Assembly (NCBI GenBank): GCA_038087875.1
Contig: CM075978.1
Coordinates: 19,282,001-19,346,000, forward strand
DNA from: Malacoraja senta
Taxonomy: Eukaryota
DNA length: 64,000 nt
Reading direction: 5' to 3'
Both the position numbers and the translations under genes were made by a program. Below, one piece after another: positions 11,955-25,876 of this stretch. Position 1 is the stretch's first letter. The number at the start of each line of letters is the position of its first letter. The notes beneath the pieces are model-generated. The model saw only the letters and a list, made by a program, of their open reading frames with translations, was not told where the DNA came from and did no database searches.

Positions 11955-14140
11955 TAGAAAATAGGTGCAGGAGTAGGCCATTCAGCCTTCCGAGCCAGCA
12001 CCACCATTCAATGTGATCATGGCTGATCACCCACAATCAGTACCCCCGTTCCTGCCTTCTCCCCATATCCCTTGACTCTGCTATCTTTAAGAGCTCTATC
12101 TAACTCTCTCTTGAATGCATCCAGAGAATTGGCCTCCACCGCCCTCTGAGGTAGAGAATTCCACAGACTCACAACTCTCTGTGTGAAAAACTATTTCCTC
12201 ATATCCATTCTAAATGGCTTTCCCCTTAATCGTAAACTGTGGCCCCTGGTTCTGGACTCCCTCGACATCAGGAACATATTTCCTGCCTCTAGCATGTCCA
12301 AACCTTTAATAATCTTATATGTTTCAATAAGATCCCCTCTCATCCTTCTAAATTCCAGACTATACAAGCCCAGCCGCTCCATTCTTTCAGCATATGACAA
12401 TCCTGCCATCCCGGGAATTAACCTGGTGAACCTACACTGCACTCCCTCAATAGCAAAAATGTCCTTCCTCAAATTTGGAGACCAAAACTGCACACAATAC
12501 TCCAGGTGTGGTCTCACTATGGACCTGTACAACTGCAGAAGGACCTCTTTGCTCCTATACTCAACCCCTCTTGTTATGAAGGCCAACATGCCATTCGTTT
12601 TCTTCAATGCCTGCTGTACCTGCATACTTACTTTCAATGACTGATGAACAAGGATCCCCCAGATCCAGTTGCACTCAAGCTTTTCCCAACTTGACACCAT
12701 TTAGATAATAATCTGCCTTCCTGTTTTTGCCACCAAAGTGGATAGCCTCACAATTATCCACATTAAACTGCACCTGCCATGCATCTGCCCACTCACCCAA
12801 CCTGTCCAAGTCACCCTGCATCCTCATAGCATCCTCCTCACATGTCACACTGCCACCCAGCTTTGAGTCATCTGCAAATTTGTTAGTGTTACTTTAAATC
12901 CCTTCATATAAATCATTAATATATATTGTAAATAGCTGCGGTCCCAGCACCGAGCCTTGCGGTACCCCACTAGTTACTGCCTGCCATTCTGAAAGGGACC
13001 CGTTAATTCCTACTCTTTGTTTCCTGTCTGCCAACCAATTTTCTATCCATGTCAGCACCCTGCCCCCAATACCAGGTGCTCTAATTTTGCCCACCAATCT
13101 CCTATGTGCGACCGCATCTTCCTGGCGAGGATGCGACTATTTTCCGAGTCGCGCCCTCGCCCCCCTACCAATTGGATTGGCGCGACATTTCCTACCGGGG
13201 ACCGGACCAAAGCTTCAGCAGCGGCGCAGCACTGGATACATCGCGGAGCGGGCGATGCCTCACCTGGGATCGCCTTTTGAAGCCTTTTGAGTGTTGGGCC
13301 TGCAGCATCAACATCGCGGAGCTGTGGTCTGCAGAGCTCCCAGAGCGGGCAGCGCTGACCAACATTGCGGAGTCCTGGGACCCTTTGCCGAGGGCCGCCA
13401 GCATTAAATCTCCGCCCAGCTCAGCCTGTGGACTTCAGGAGCCGCGGACTCCGGTAGGTAGTGGCCGATTCGGAGGTCCAAGCCGCTGAGGATGTTCTTC
13501 TGTTCCGACGTCGGAGTTCCATCGTCCCGGCGAGAGGGCCTGAACATCAGTCCACCCGTAGCGGCGACTGCGGGGGGCTAGGGAGGCCCCGACCACGGGT
13601 GAACATCGGGGAACGTGGAGGTTGACTGAACTTTGATGCCTTCCCTCACAGTGAGAAAGTTTGGTACCGCTGTGGGGATGTTTGTGTTATGGATTATTGT
13701 GTTCTGTGCTTTTATTTTTTTATTCGTATGGCTGTATGGGAAAAAGCATTTCGTTGTCTAAGTACTTGTACTATGGACAATGACAATAAAGTTGAATCAA
13801 ATCAAATCAAATCAAATGCTTTCTGAAAGTCCAGGTACACTACATCCACTCACTCTCCCTTGTCCATTTTCCCAGTTACATCCTCAAAAAATTCCAGAGG
13901 ATTAGTCAAGCATGATTACCCCTTCATAAATCCATACTCGGACTGATCCTACTATTGCTATCCAAAAGTGCTGTTATTTCATCTTTTATAATTGACTCCA
14001 GCATCTTCCCCACCATCGATGTCAGGCTAACTGGTCTATAATTCCGTTTTCTCTCTCCCGCCTTTCTTAAAAAGTGGGATAACATTAGCTACCCTCCAAT
14101 CCACAGGAATTGATCCTGAATCTATAGAACATTTGAAAAT
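11955..14140 (-). mobile_element. CR1 LINE (RT and 3' end), interrupted at 13108-13817
   Basis: [50 protein letters not shown]1 3' UTR. Confidence 0.92.
13108..13817 (+). mobile_element. Structured GC-rich retroposon, copy 3 (5'-truncated, inserted in CR1)
   Basis: Hairpins 13125-13160 and 13644-13677, AACATCGCGGAGC modules, tail ATTTCGTTGTC..ATGACAATAAA plus (AATCA)n; CR1 sequence resumes on both sides. Confidence 0.75.
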
Positions 14141-14451
14141 AAGATATCAAATAGCTGCGTGTACACAGTCTTGAAAGATTGAGGTGTTTGTAATGTAATC
14201 CTCCATTTGACAGGGAATATGAACCTTAAAAGTTCAGAGATTTATTTTGAAGCAATAAATTTGTTATTACAATTCACTTCGTTTACCGGAGCACAACTCC
14301 CAAGCCAGGTATATTTGAAACTGCTAATGTTAGTCGATCGCTTGTATTTGTTTACAACTTTCGAAATATCAATCGGAGAAACATATCCTTTTCTACAGAA
14401 CAGGAAGATGAACCGAATCGAAGCATCACAGCCACACGGACGTCTTCCTAC

Positions 14452-14565
14452 CTGGTCATACGCATTTTCGTCCAGCAGCTGCGTGCATATGTCAGCACAA
14501 AACTGGAACTTGCGTCTCCTGAAATAGCTCCAGGCCAAGAACATGGGGTCCATGTCCAACCCCAT
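14452..14565 (-). CDS. TTC8: TTC8/BBS8 (BBSome TPR protein) coding exon 1; exon 2 not found in the window
   Basis: Translates MGLDMDPMFLAWSYFRRRKFQFCADICTQLLDENAYDQ, matching the vertebrate TTC8 N-terminus (LAWSYFRRRKFQLCAD..TQ.L...YDQ). 114 nt followed by a GTAGGA donor; divergent from EML5 as in mammals. Confidence 0.95.
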
Positions 14566-16233
<1,668 letters not shown>

Positions 16234-18145
16234 TGAACTACCGTTAAGCACCGATCTCCGTCTTTTATTGGAGAATTGCAGTACTCGTTACTCCCGGTTC
16301 CCGTTATTTGTTTGTATGTGTTGGAAGGCTAAAAATGTACCCTCGAGTCCGTAAATCTGGCAAGTTTATTTCTGCTATCCATTATCTGCACGCTCAAAAT
16401 CCGAGTTTGCTGATTTTAAAATAATCAAAAATAGATTTGTAATACTCTACTCTCGCGCCCCTCCCAACCTTCATTCTTCACCTTATCGAGTCCACGAACG
16501 ATTGGAATCGTTCATCAAGGAGATAATTTTAAGTCGGCTAAAATATTTTTCTCATTTGGGTTTCCCATACTCTGTGTAAACGTAACTAATTTGAATTGTT
16601 CACATAAAAAGACCTTTATTGAAAGAATTATTCGATGCTGTCATTGGACTAAAATGAATAGTTTGGTCTGTTTTGCAGAGTGAAATTATCATAAGACCTA
16701 TAAAATATTAAAACGTGTTGATGTCCGATGTTTCAAGTAATTGGAAACTATATTTTGAACTCTGTGTGGGATGTGTATTTTATGTACACGAACAACTATA
16801 GACTGTAAACATCTAACTACTGACATCATGTACATGCTGACTTGAATTTGGAACCATTAACTTTTAAAAACCTTCACAGTATAGTAACCAATACGAAAGA
16901 AACCCCTTGTTTAACGCAAGCTTTAGTTGGCCGTCAGGTGATTGCTGTTTTATACATGCGGATGGTTTGTATTACGGGAACGTTTCAGAACCCGAACCGC
17001 GGAATCTAGTCCTTTGTTTAATAAATGAGTATACTGCGTTTGTCTTGAAGCTATAACACGGTTAGACAGAAAATTTGCGACATGTATAATTTATCCATTG
17101 CTTTTTAAATTCCTTGGTGGATTGAGATCCCAATTACAAAGGTTGAATCATATAAACGACAGATGGACTGTCATTTACTCTTCTCTGAGTCAGGATGTGA
17201 AGCGAAGGATTTATCCGTTCAAATCACCATTTCTATGTAGCATTTTGGATAGAATGCTGTGCTGATGTTTTGACGGGCTGATTTAAAAAAAATGTTGAAT
17301 GTCATGCAAAGACTAATGGTTTACAATAACGTATTGTACAGTCGTGAAATTTATGTTGTGCACAAGTATGAACTTCCAGGCAAAGTACTGTCTAAAAAAT
17401 ATTTATATTCTGTCTTTTAATTCATTAAATGATTTGTGGGGTTTAAGAAGCAGCTGGCGTGAATATGTACCAGCAGGTAAATTAGAATGGTGTTATTTTA
17501 TCTGAAGGATATAAATGTTATCCTACATTTATGTAATTGAAGCTTAGAGGTTGAAATCAACAAATGACCCCCTGATACTGGCCTATATTTCTGAACTTGC
17601 TCTGCTATTGATTTTGAAATAAATAATTATTTTTGTGTTGCACTTTTGACAACTATTATTTCTCCCCTACCCCACGATGGATGTAGTGAGAAGTTAAATG
17701 TGTGTCAAATCTTTTGTGACCTTAATGACACGAGTGAAGTAAAAGGAGGATTTTGTAAGGTAGACACATAGAAAATGTTTATTATGGCGAGTCCAAGGTT
17801 AGAGGACAAAATGTAAAAAAATCATGAATGATTCCATCCTATACTTGGAACAAAATTGTTTGCCCTGAGAGTAGTAAGTGGTATTTGAATGTTGCTGTCA
17901 GAAATAGTTGTAGCATTGAACAGTAGAAAGTACACAACTGTGCACAAAAGAATAGAAATAACTGCTAATGGTTTAAATAATTGAAGGGTAAGAGAAAAAT
18001 TGGCTTCAGCACACACGCTGGCATAGACCAACAGGGATGAATAGCTCTAGAAGGCAGACTTTGTATGTATCTAAATCTTGCGTTATATTTATAATATGCC
18101 TAATCAAGGAACTGCGCAGGTCATCTTCAGTGTCATGTTTTTTAG

Positions 18146-18770
18146 TCATAGAAACATAGAAAATAGGTGCAGGAGGAGGCCATTCGGCCCTTCGTCCCCA
18201 ATCAATAACCCGTGCCTGCCTTCTCCCCATATCCCTTGATTCCACTAGCCCCTAGAGCTCTATCTAACTCTCTCTTAAATCCATCCAGTGATTTGGCCTC
18301 CACTGCCCTCTGTGGCAGGGAATTCCACAAATTCACAACTCTCTGGGTGAAAAAGTTTCTTCTCACCTCAGTCTTAAATGGCCTCCCCTTTATTCTAAGA
18401 CTGTGGCCCCTGGTTATGAACTCGCCCAACATTGGGAACATTTTTCCTGCATCTAGCTTGTCCAGTCCTTTTATAATTGTATATGTTTCTATAAGATCCC
18501 CCTCATCCTTCTAAACTCCAGTGAATACAAGCCTAGTCTTTTCAATCTTTCCTCATATGACAGTCCCGCCATCCCGGGGATCAATCTTGTGAACCTACTG
18601 CCTCAATCACAAGGATGTCCTTCCTCAAATTAGGAGACCAAAACTGTACGCAATACTCCAGATGTGGTCTTACCAAAGCCCTATACAACTGCAGAAGAAC
18701 CTCTCTACTCCTATATTGAAATCCTCTTGTTATGAAAGCCAACATTCCATTAGCATTCTTCACTGCCCAC
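18146..18770 (-). mobile_element. CR1 LINE 3' fragment
   Basis: LVRPHLEYCVQFWSP, RNFFTQRVVNLWNSLP; (TTTCTATG)n tail. Confidence 0.9.
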
Positions 18771-18794
18771 TGCTTGTCAGTTCAACATCCTTAT

Positions 18795-19180
18795 TTAAGA
18801 TCTTAACCTACCTGATCTCCCGGTGGCTCAGCACTTCAACTCCTCCTCCCATTCCCAATCTGACCTTCCTGTCCTGGGCCTCTTCCATTGTCAGAGTGAG
18901 GCCCAGCACAAATTGGAGGAACAGCACCTCGTATTCCTCTTGGGTAGTTTACACCTCAGCGGATGAACATTGACTTCAGATAGCCCTTGTTTTCTCTCTT
19001 CATCCCCTCCTTCCCAGTTCCCCCACTAGTCTTACTGTCACCGACTACATTCTATCTTTGTTCCGCCCCCTCCCCTGACATCACTCTGAAGAAGGGTCTC
19101 GACCCGAAACGTCGCTCATTCCTTCTCTCCAGAGACGCTGCCTGACCCGCTGAGTTACTCCAGCATTTTGTGTCTACCAT
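18795..19180 (+). mobile_element. Penelope-like element 3' end (GIY-YIG C-terminus plus terminal repeat with hammerhead-like motif)
   Basis: Reads LPVAQHFNSSSHSQSDLPVLGLFHCQSEAQHKLEEQHLVFLLG..NIDF, then CTGAAGAAGGGTCTCGACCCGAAACGTC. Confidence 0.8.
19086..19113 (+). ncRNA. Minimal type I hammerhead-ribozyme-like motif (Penelope-associated)
   Basis: CUGAAGA-A-[GGGUC-UC-GACCC]-GAAAC-GUC; related copies at 38851-38878, 54551-54578, 63208-63235 (+) and 52754-52779 (-). Confidence 0.6.
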
Positions 19181-19364
19181 CCTGATTTAAAATTCTCTGT
19201 TTATATTGATTATTTTGGCCATCATAGGCATGGTCCAATGGCCACTAGCTGTGTTGTAGATTTCCATTATTCTATGACTTTAAACATAGTTGAATGAGAT
19301 CAATTTCCCGAATATACTATGTAAGTAAGACACTTGATGGTTTTGTAATCAATCTGCAGTACAA

Positions 19365-19826
19365 TAAAATTATTTTATTTGCTTTTAAATCTCTAAATGG
19401 GCTCGCCCCGCCTTACCTCTCTGAACTGCTCCACCCATACGCTCCTGCCCGGTGCCTCAGGTCAGCTGATCAGCTGCTCCTGGAGGTACCGAGGTCTAAG
19501 CGGAAGCTCAGAGGGGATAGAGCCTTCTCTGTTGCTGCTCCGGCACTCTGGAACACCCTGCCGTTGCACATCAGACAGCCCCCCTCACTGTCCATCTTCA
19601 AAACCAGTATTAAAACACATTTATATTCCTTGGCTTTTGACACTGCTTGAGACTTTGCTCCTGTTTTTAGTGCTTTTAATGTTTTTAATTTTATTGTTTT
19701 TACTCTTTCGTTTAATGTTTTTATTGTTATGTAATAATTTCTTGTCCATGATTAGTCATGTACAGCACTTTGTTGCAACTGTGGTTGTTTTTAAAGTGCT
19801 CTATAAATAAAGTTATTATTATTATT
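19365..19826 (+). mobile_element. L2 LINE 3' end
   Basis: AFKSLNGLAPPYLSELL..GDRAFSVAAPALWNTLP..FKTSIKTHLY; tail AGCACTTTG..AAAGTGCTCTATAAATAAA plus (ATT)n. Confidence 0.88.
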
Positions 19827-20919
19827 GGGCTGAAACTCACTAGCTCTTGCCAGCGCTTCTGAATGGAGCTGCTCATTTAAATGATGGCAAATCCAGCATG
19901 TGCTGGCAAACATAGAAGCCTATGATGTGCTGACAGATTAGGAGCATAAACCTGTTTGCTCCATTGTTAGACCCCATGTCATGTTCACTGATGGAATGTA
20001 TTACTGACAATTTATCCTGGGGCATTAGCTCTTGGATAAAAACAGAAAACTCAAAACAAGGAATAGTTAATGTTTTGGGTCTGGAAGTGGAAAGTGAGAA
20101 ATTAATAATTTAGGTAACAGAAAAGGTGGAAGAGGTGAATGGGTGGCTTAAGAGAAATGTCTCCAATAGGGTACAATAATGTGGCAGTTGAGATGAGAAC
20201 AAGCTTATTTGTCAATGTAATGTTTTGCTAATGTTTTATGGTTTGAGTTGTACAATCTGATCTACTGGGATAAACCCAAAAGTTTTGACACAAGCAAAAA
20301 AAGGAGTGACAAATGCTGGAAGAATTTGGCAGATCAATCGGCAACTGTGGGTGGAAAGAAATGATTAACGTTATTGGGTTAATAGCCTGCATCGGGACAG
20401 GATTAGCTGTGAACATGACGTGGAGGCTGCAATCTGGCTGGATGGAAGTTGAAGTATTGGTCCTCAAGCTTGCATGTAACAGTGTAGTAACAGTATCAAA
20501 GGCTATAGATAAGAAAGTGGGTTTGGGGTGATGAATTGAACTAGCAGGTAACCAGAACCTCAAGGTCACTCCTGTAGACTGAGTGCAAATACCCTGCAAA
20601 GTGATTTCCCCAATTTGTGTTTGATTTCTCCTTAGAGGAGGTCACATTATGAATACTGAGTGAAGGCAGTACACTAGATTGGACGAACTGCAAGTGAATC
20701 ACTGGGAAGACTATTTGGATTGGACCTTGCCTATATGTGATGCAATTGTTATTTACGATAAATTAGTCAATGCCTAAATGTTAGCTAAGCATTGCTTCAT
20801 TCAGGCATAGATTATTTAGTTTCTGAAGATTCACAAATGGGATTGACTATTTATACTATGATTATCAAATATCCTCACTTCTGAAAATATGATAAAAGAG
20901 CACAAAATAGTTAAATGTA

Positions 20920-21420
20920 GGCCTATACAGGCCTCTTGGCCCACCTTGTTAATGTGGATCATAATCCTCTAAGCCCTTCTTATTCATATATCTATTCAAA
21001 TGTCTTTTTAAATAGTCATGATTGTACTAATTTCCTATGATGGCTAATTCTAGAAACAGACCACCTGGGTAAAAATGTTGATTTGTAGTCCCTCTTAAAT
21101 CTCTCTCCTCTCATCTTAAGCATATGCCCACTAATTTTAGAATCTAATGTGGATAGAAAACTGAGGATTCACTTTATCCATGTGCCTCATGATCTTGTAC
21201 ACATCAATGTAATCCCACAGCTGTCTATGCTCCAAAGAACAAAGTTGCAGCTTCTCCAATCTCTCCTTATTACCTCAAGGCCAGGTAATTTTCTGGTGAA
21301 TCATTCTTGCACCCCTTCAAACTTAATGACATTCTTCCTATTGCTGGGCGACCAGAACTGCACACAAAACTCCAGAGTGTGGTCTCACCAATGACTTGTA
21401 CAACTGCATCATGATGTCCC
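20920..21420 (-). mobile_element. Old CR1 fragment (continues at ~23380-23580)
   Basis: GGCGACCAGAACTGCACACAA..TGTGGTCTCACCAA CR1 signature, diverged. Confidence 0.65.
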
Positions 21421-23345
21421 AACTTTTTTACTGCATACCCTTCCTAGCTGCCTTATTTTTGTACCGCCATAAGCTGTTAGGATTGTTTTGTTCTGCTGTA
21501 GAACTTCTGGTCTAGGCATCCCACGATTATCCACTTTGTCGGGCTCCATCTGTCTGAAGTTCGTGGAGAGGCAAGATGTTGCTTTGTACACCAGTTGTCA
21601 ATCTTGCATCACAAATTGATCTTAGTGTTGTTCCTCTGAGTGCAGACCTTTGTGAAGATCTCTTCACGATGATACTTATCGTCCAAGTTATGAATTTAAA
21701 TAACCCCAACACTGAGCTCAAGGAACTCTTCATTGTGCTGTGGCATGTGTCCAGCTCTGCAGACTGACTACCAGAGTTCTGATTTCTGCACTTCCTACAA
21801 GTAGTTCCATAGGCTGGGCATTTGGTTTTATCATTGAAACCATGTGGTCTGCCACAATTCCTGCATGTTTTATGTTTAGCTTTGGTTGGTGATTGAGATA
21901 TCTTCAATCTTGGATATTTGGATCTATATTGGGTATGGGCCACTGCATCCACTATCTTGCAGGAGACATAAGACATTTGCCTGTTTGTAGGAAACATGCT
22001 ATGCCAATTGCATCTCTTTAATAGAGATACTGCGTGGAAACAGGCCTTTCGGCCCAACGGGTCCGCACCGACTAGCGATCCCAGTACATTCACACGACCC
22101 TACACACACTAGGGACAATTTATGCTCAGTTGCAAGCCAATTTAGTTTAGTTTAGAGATACAGCGCGGAAACAGGCCTTTTGGCCCACCGGATCCGCGCC
22201 GACCTGCGATCCCTGCACATTAACACTATCCTACACCCACTAGGGACAATTTTTACATTTACCACACCAATTAACCTACAAACCTGTACGTCTTTGGAGT
22301 GGGAGGAAACTGAAGATCTTGGAGAAAACCCACACGGTCACGGGGAGAATGTACAAACTCCATACAGAGAGCAACCGTAGTCGGGATCGAACCGGGTCTC
22401 CGGTGCTGCAAGCGCTGTAACGCAGCAAGTCTACAGCTGCGCCACCATGTGTATCAATTTCCCATCCCTTCCAACGAGAGACTTCTGGACCCCACAAGAA
22501 TTGGTCAAGCACACTGTCATTCACTTCTTGCGTATCTCAAAACTTGCATTTCGATGCAACATTTTGCATCTTTGTAAGATTGTCATCCACACTTCTAATC
22601 ATTAACTTGTGTTAGCCCTTGAAAAATGTAGCAACGTATGCAATGGTAGGTCTTTGGTTCAAGGTGCTGTTCAAACTTATCTAAGAGTTTTTGCCTTCTC
22701 TCTATCCTCCTCTTGCTCAGAAGTCCAACTGTTGTATAACTCTAGTCCCTTCTCTCCTGTTCAGAGAAGCAGGTAGCCAGCTTTCTCACTCCCAATGGCA
22801 TCCTTTAACACGCTGTTGAACATCACGCCACTATTCTGTCTAAATCTGGTGAAGGCATTTGATATATTAGTGACTTCCCAGTCTATTAGTGGAGCTAGAA
22901 TTGGCGTATTCATCGCAGCTTCTGCGATGTGCATAGCATTGCCGTCCCAAATGTACGTGATCGGGGAAAAAAGCAGGCTCAATCAGTTACATACGTTTAA
23001 GTCTACAGTGTGGTTACTCGCGTGTTTTCACCGGCATATAATGACAAAACAAAGTCAGTCTTTTGTTGAACATTTGAATCCTTGGTAGCTGGTAATCCTT
23101 ATTACATGTTTAGCAATTGTGGGTCATCGTAAGAATAATTGCCTCTGCCACCATGTTATGTTTTGTAGTTGTGAAGTTCATGTAATAAGAATGAATGGAG
23201 ACAACACTTTGTGTCATGATTCAATTTAATAACTTCCAACACAATGGCTTCTGCTCTTAATGGCTTCTGCTCTTAATGGCTTCTGCAGACTGCTCCAGAT
23301 CACATGATGTCAGTACGTCCTTTTCTCAACTGGCATGTCACAACA
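21420..23345 (-). mobile_element. Gypsy (Mag-like) 5' half: LTR 23154-23345, PBS, decayed gag and protease
   Basis: LTR ends TGTTGTG..CATAACA followed by TGGTGGCAG PBS; gag CRNCGRPH..CPAYGTTCRKC; protease LTAYGGTKIRQLG. Confidence 0.8.
22017..22450 (-). mobile_element. HE1/V-SINE-type tRNA SINE (22141-22450) plus adjacent 3' fragment
   Basis: Minus strand A box GGTGGCGCAGC, B box GGTTCGATCCC, core TTCTCCCCGTGAC..GTTTCCTCCCAC, (CTAAA)n tail. Confidence 0.85.
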
Positions 23346-24973
23346 ACATATTTTCTAAAGATGACAATACAACAACTACCCTGTGACTCCGTCCTCCAAA
23401 CCAATTTTGAATCCAATTGTCAGTTCACCTTGGATTCCATGTGATCTAACCTTCCAGATTAGCCTAATATGCGAGACCTTATCAAACACTTTGCTAAAGT
23501 CCATGTAGACAATGTGTACTTCCCTCTCCATATCAATTCTCTAGGTGACTTCTTTAAAAAAATTTTTTTTAAAGTCAGTCCCTAAGGATTATCCACCTTA
23601 ACACGCTTTAAAGCCATAAATACCTCCCCTTTGGGTTTAAGACAACCCTGCAGAACTCGTACAGAGATGTTAATATGATGATATAATTAAGCTCCGCCCA
23701 TGGTGTATTTTCTGTGAAGTATAACGCCAGCTGGTGAATAATTTCTTGTGAATCCCCTTTTTGATTATACACTCAGCCAAATGCTGTCTTGATATCAAGA
23801 CGAGTCTGATCACCCAGCCTATGTAAATCGGCTTTTGTTTATCCTTATTTCAATCACGTGGTCTGGAACCGAGTCATTCAAGTGAAATCCAATCTGAGCA
23901 TCAGTGAGCAAATTTGGATGGAAGTTAGCCAGAAGGGTCTTTGGGGGACATTTTCAGCATTGTCTGATAATTGCCTCTGTTGTAACCAGAATGGAACAGC
24001 TTGGATTCAGACATGGTATTCTGGGGTGGAAGTCTTTATATCCCAGACGTCTGGTCCCTGTCGTTTCTTGATAACTCATGCAATTAAATAAAATTGGCTG
24101 AAGGCTGGAAGAAGTTAAAAATGCTCAAGTTATTTAACCTTGCCTTTGGCAGTCAAGAGCTGGCCTGTCTTTTTTTTGAAAGATGGGCATGTTCTTGGTC
24201 CAATTTCTCCCTATAGCTGTCTAATTTTCTGGGACTATTCATTGGGGCAAGATGGCTTTGATTTTGGGGTAACTTGGTTCTGTCTAGCAGAAGTTTTTTT
24301 TGCTGCGTAGTTCTTGTGTGTGCTGCAGCTTTCAAGTTAGCACTTCACTTGGGTAGACCTGGTGCGGCTGCTGGCTTTCTGAACCAGTGTTGAATGGTTA
24401 ACTCGGGCTAGATCATGCAATTACAACATATTGTAGTTGTACATTCATGAGTATTGGGACACCGGCTGCAAGGTTTGAATCAATGTATGACTATTGCAGG
24501 ATGTCTGAACTAGATGGGTAATTTTATGGTCACCATTTCTTGCATTTTTAGATTTGAGATTATTTAATAAACTTTATAGAAATTCCCCCAGCCTGTAGGG
24601 TTGGGTTTGAACCCTTGTTTTCATGGTAGTCCAGGCCTTGGTATGAGGAGACTGGCTGAATGTAAACTAGGGCTAGGGATTACCAAGGTATATGATAGAA
24701 ATAGTTTGTGCATTGCAATAAAATTGCAGAGGGAGAGAGGACTTGCAAAGACCCCAACGAATGCAAACAATAAGTGATAGGGAATAGTGATAATGGCTTT
24801 GTTTATCAATGCAAATTCAACCAGGACTTGATTTTTGGCATTTGTTTTGAGTATCTTCCTTTGGACAAAACACAACTCTATGCCCTCAAAGATGGAACTC
24901 AAACTGGTTGATTCCTCCTAACACGTAAACAGTTAAATCCAAAATATTATTTGCATATTTCTGTCATGCATTA

Positions 24974-25572
24974 TAACCATATAACCATATAACAATTACA
25001 GCATGGAAACAGGCCATCTCGGCCCTTCTAGTCCGTGCCGAACACTTATTCTCCCCTAGTCCCATCTACCTGCACTCAGACCATAACCCTCCATTCCTTT
25101 CCCGTCCATATACCTATCCAATTTATTTCTTAAATGATAAAAATCGAACCTGCCTCCACCACTTCCACTGGAAGCTCATTCCACACAACTACCACTATCT
25201 GAGTAAAGAAGTTCCCCCTCATGTTACCCCTAAACTTCTGTCCCTTAATTCTCGAATCATGTCCTCTTGTTTGAATCTTCCCTACTCTCAATGGAAAAAG
25301 CTTATCCACGTCAACTCTGTCTATCCCTCATCATTTTAAAGATCTCTATCAAGTCCCCCCTTAACCTTCTGCGCTCCAAAGAATAAAGACCTAACTTGTT
25401 CAACCTTTCTCTGTAACTTAGTTGCTGAAACCCAGGCAACATTCTAGTAAATCTCCTCTGTACTCTCTCTATTTTGTTGACATATTTCCTATAATTTGGC
25501 GACCAAAATTGTACACCATACTCCAGAATTGGCCTCACCAATACTTTGTACAATTTTAACATTACATCCCAA
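24974..25572 (-). mobile_element. CR1 LINE 3' fragment, second subfamily
   Basis: LVRPILEYGVQFWSPNYRK..ERRRLRGDLIEIFKMMR; (ATATGGTT)n tail. Confidence 0.9.
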
Positions 25573-25876
25573 CTTATTTCCAATAAATGAAAGCTGATCT
25601 CTGGGATGTAATTTTCATGATAGTCCAAGAGAAAGTGGCAATTTGGATCCAAAATGTCTAGCTACAGAAAACAAAGGATAATGTTAATGTGAGTTTTAGA
25701 AACTGGATTCAGTTGGTGAGATTTCCGCAAGGTTCAATGTTAAATCACTTGCTTTTCGTGGTGGTTTGCGGTCCAATGAATTGCATTTAAATGTTAGAGC
25801 TGCAATTAAGAATACAAATAATACCACAATTAGCACAGTGTTTGATAGTGAAGGAGAAAATTGAAGGTTTCAGAAG

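Noticed and set aside
1-14451. TTC8 exon 2 (AAW.LKARALTEMVY)
   Set aside because: Not found by eye; probably outside the window or in a gap.
23640-24500. Possible old LINE endonuclease region
   Set aside because: Too decayed to assign without alignment.
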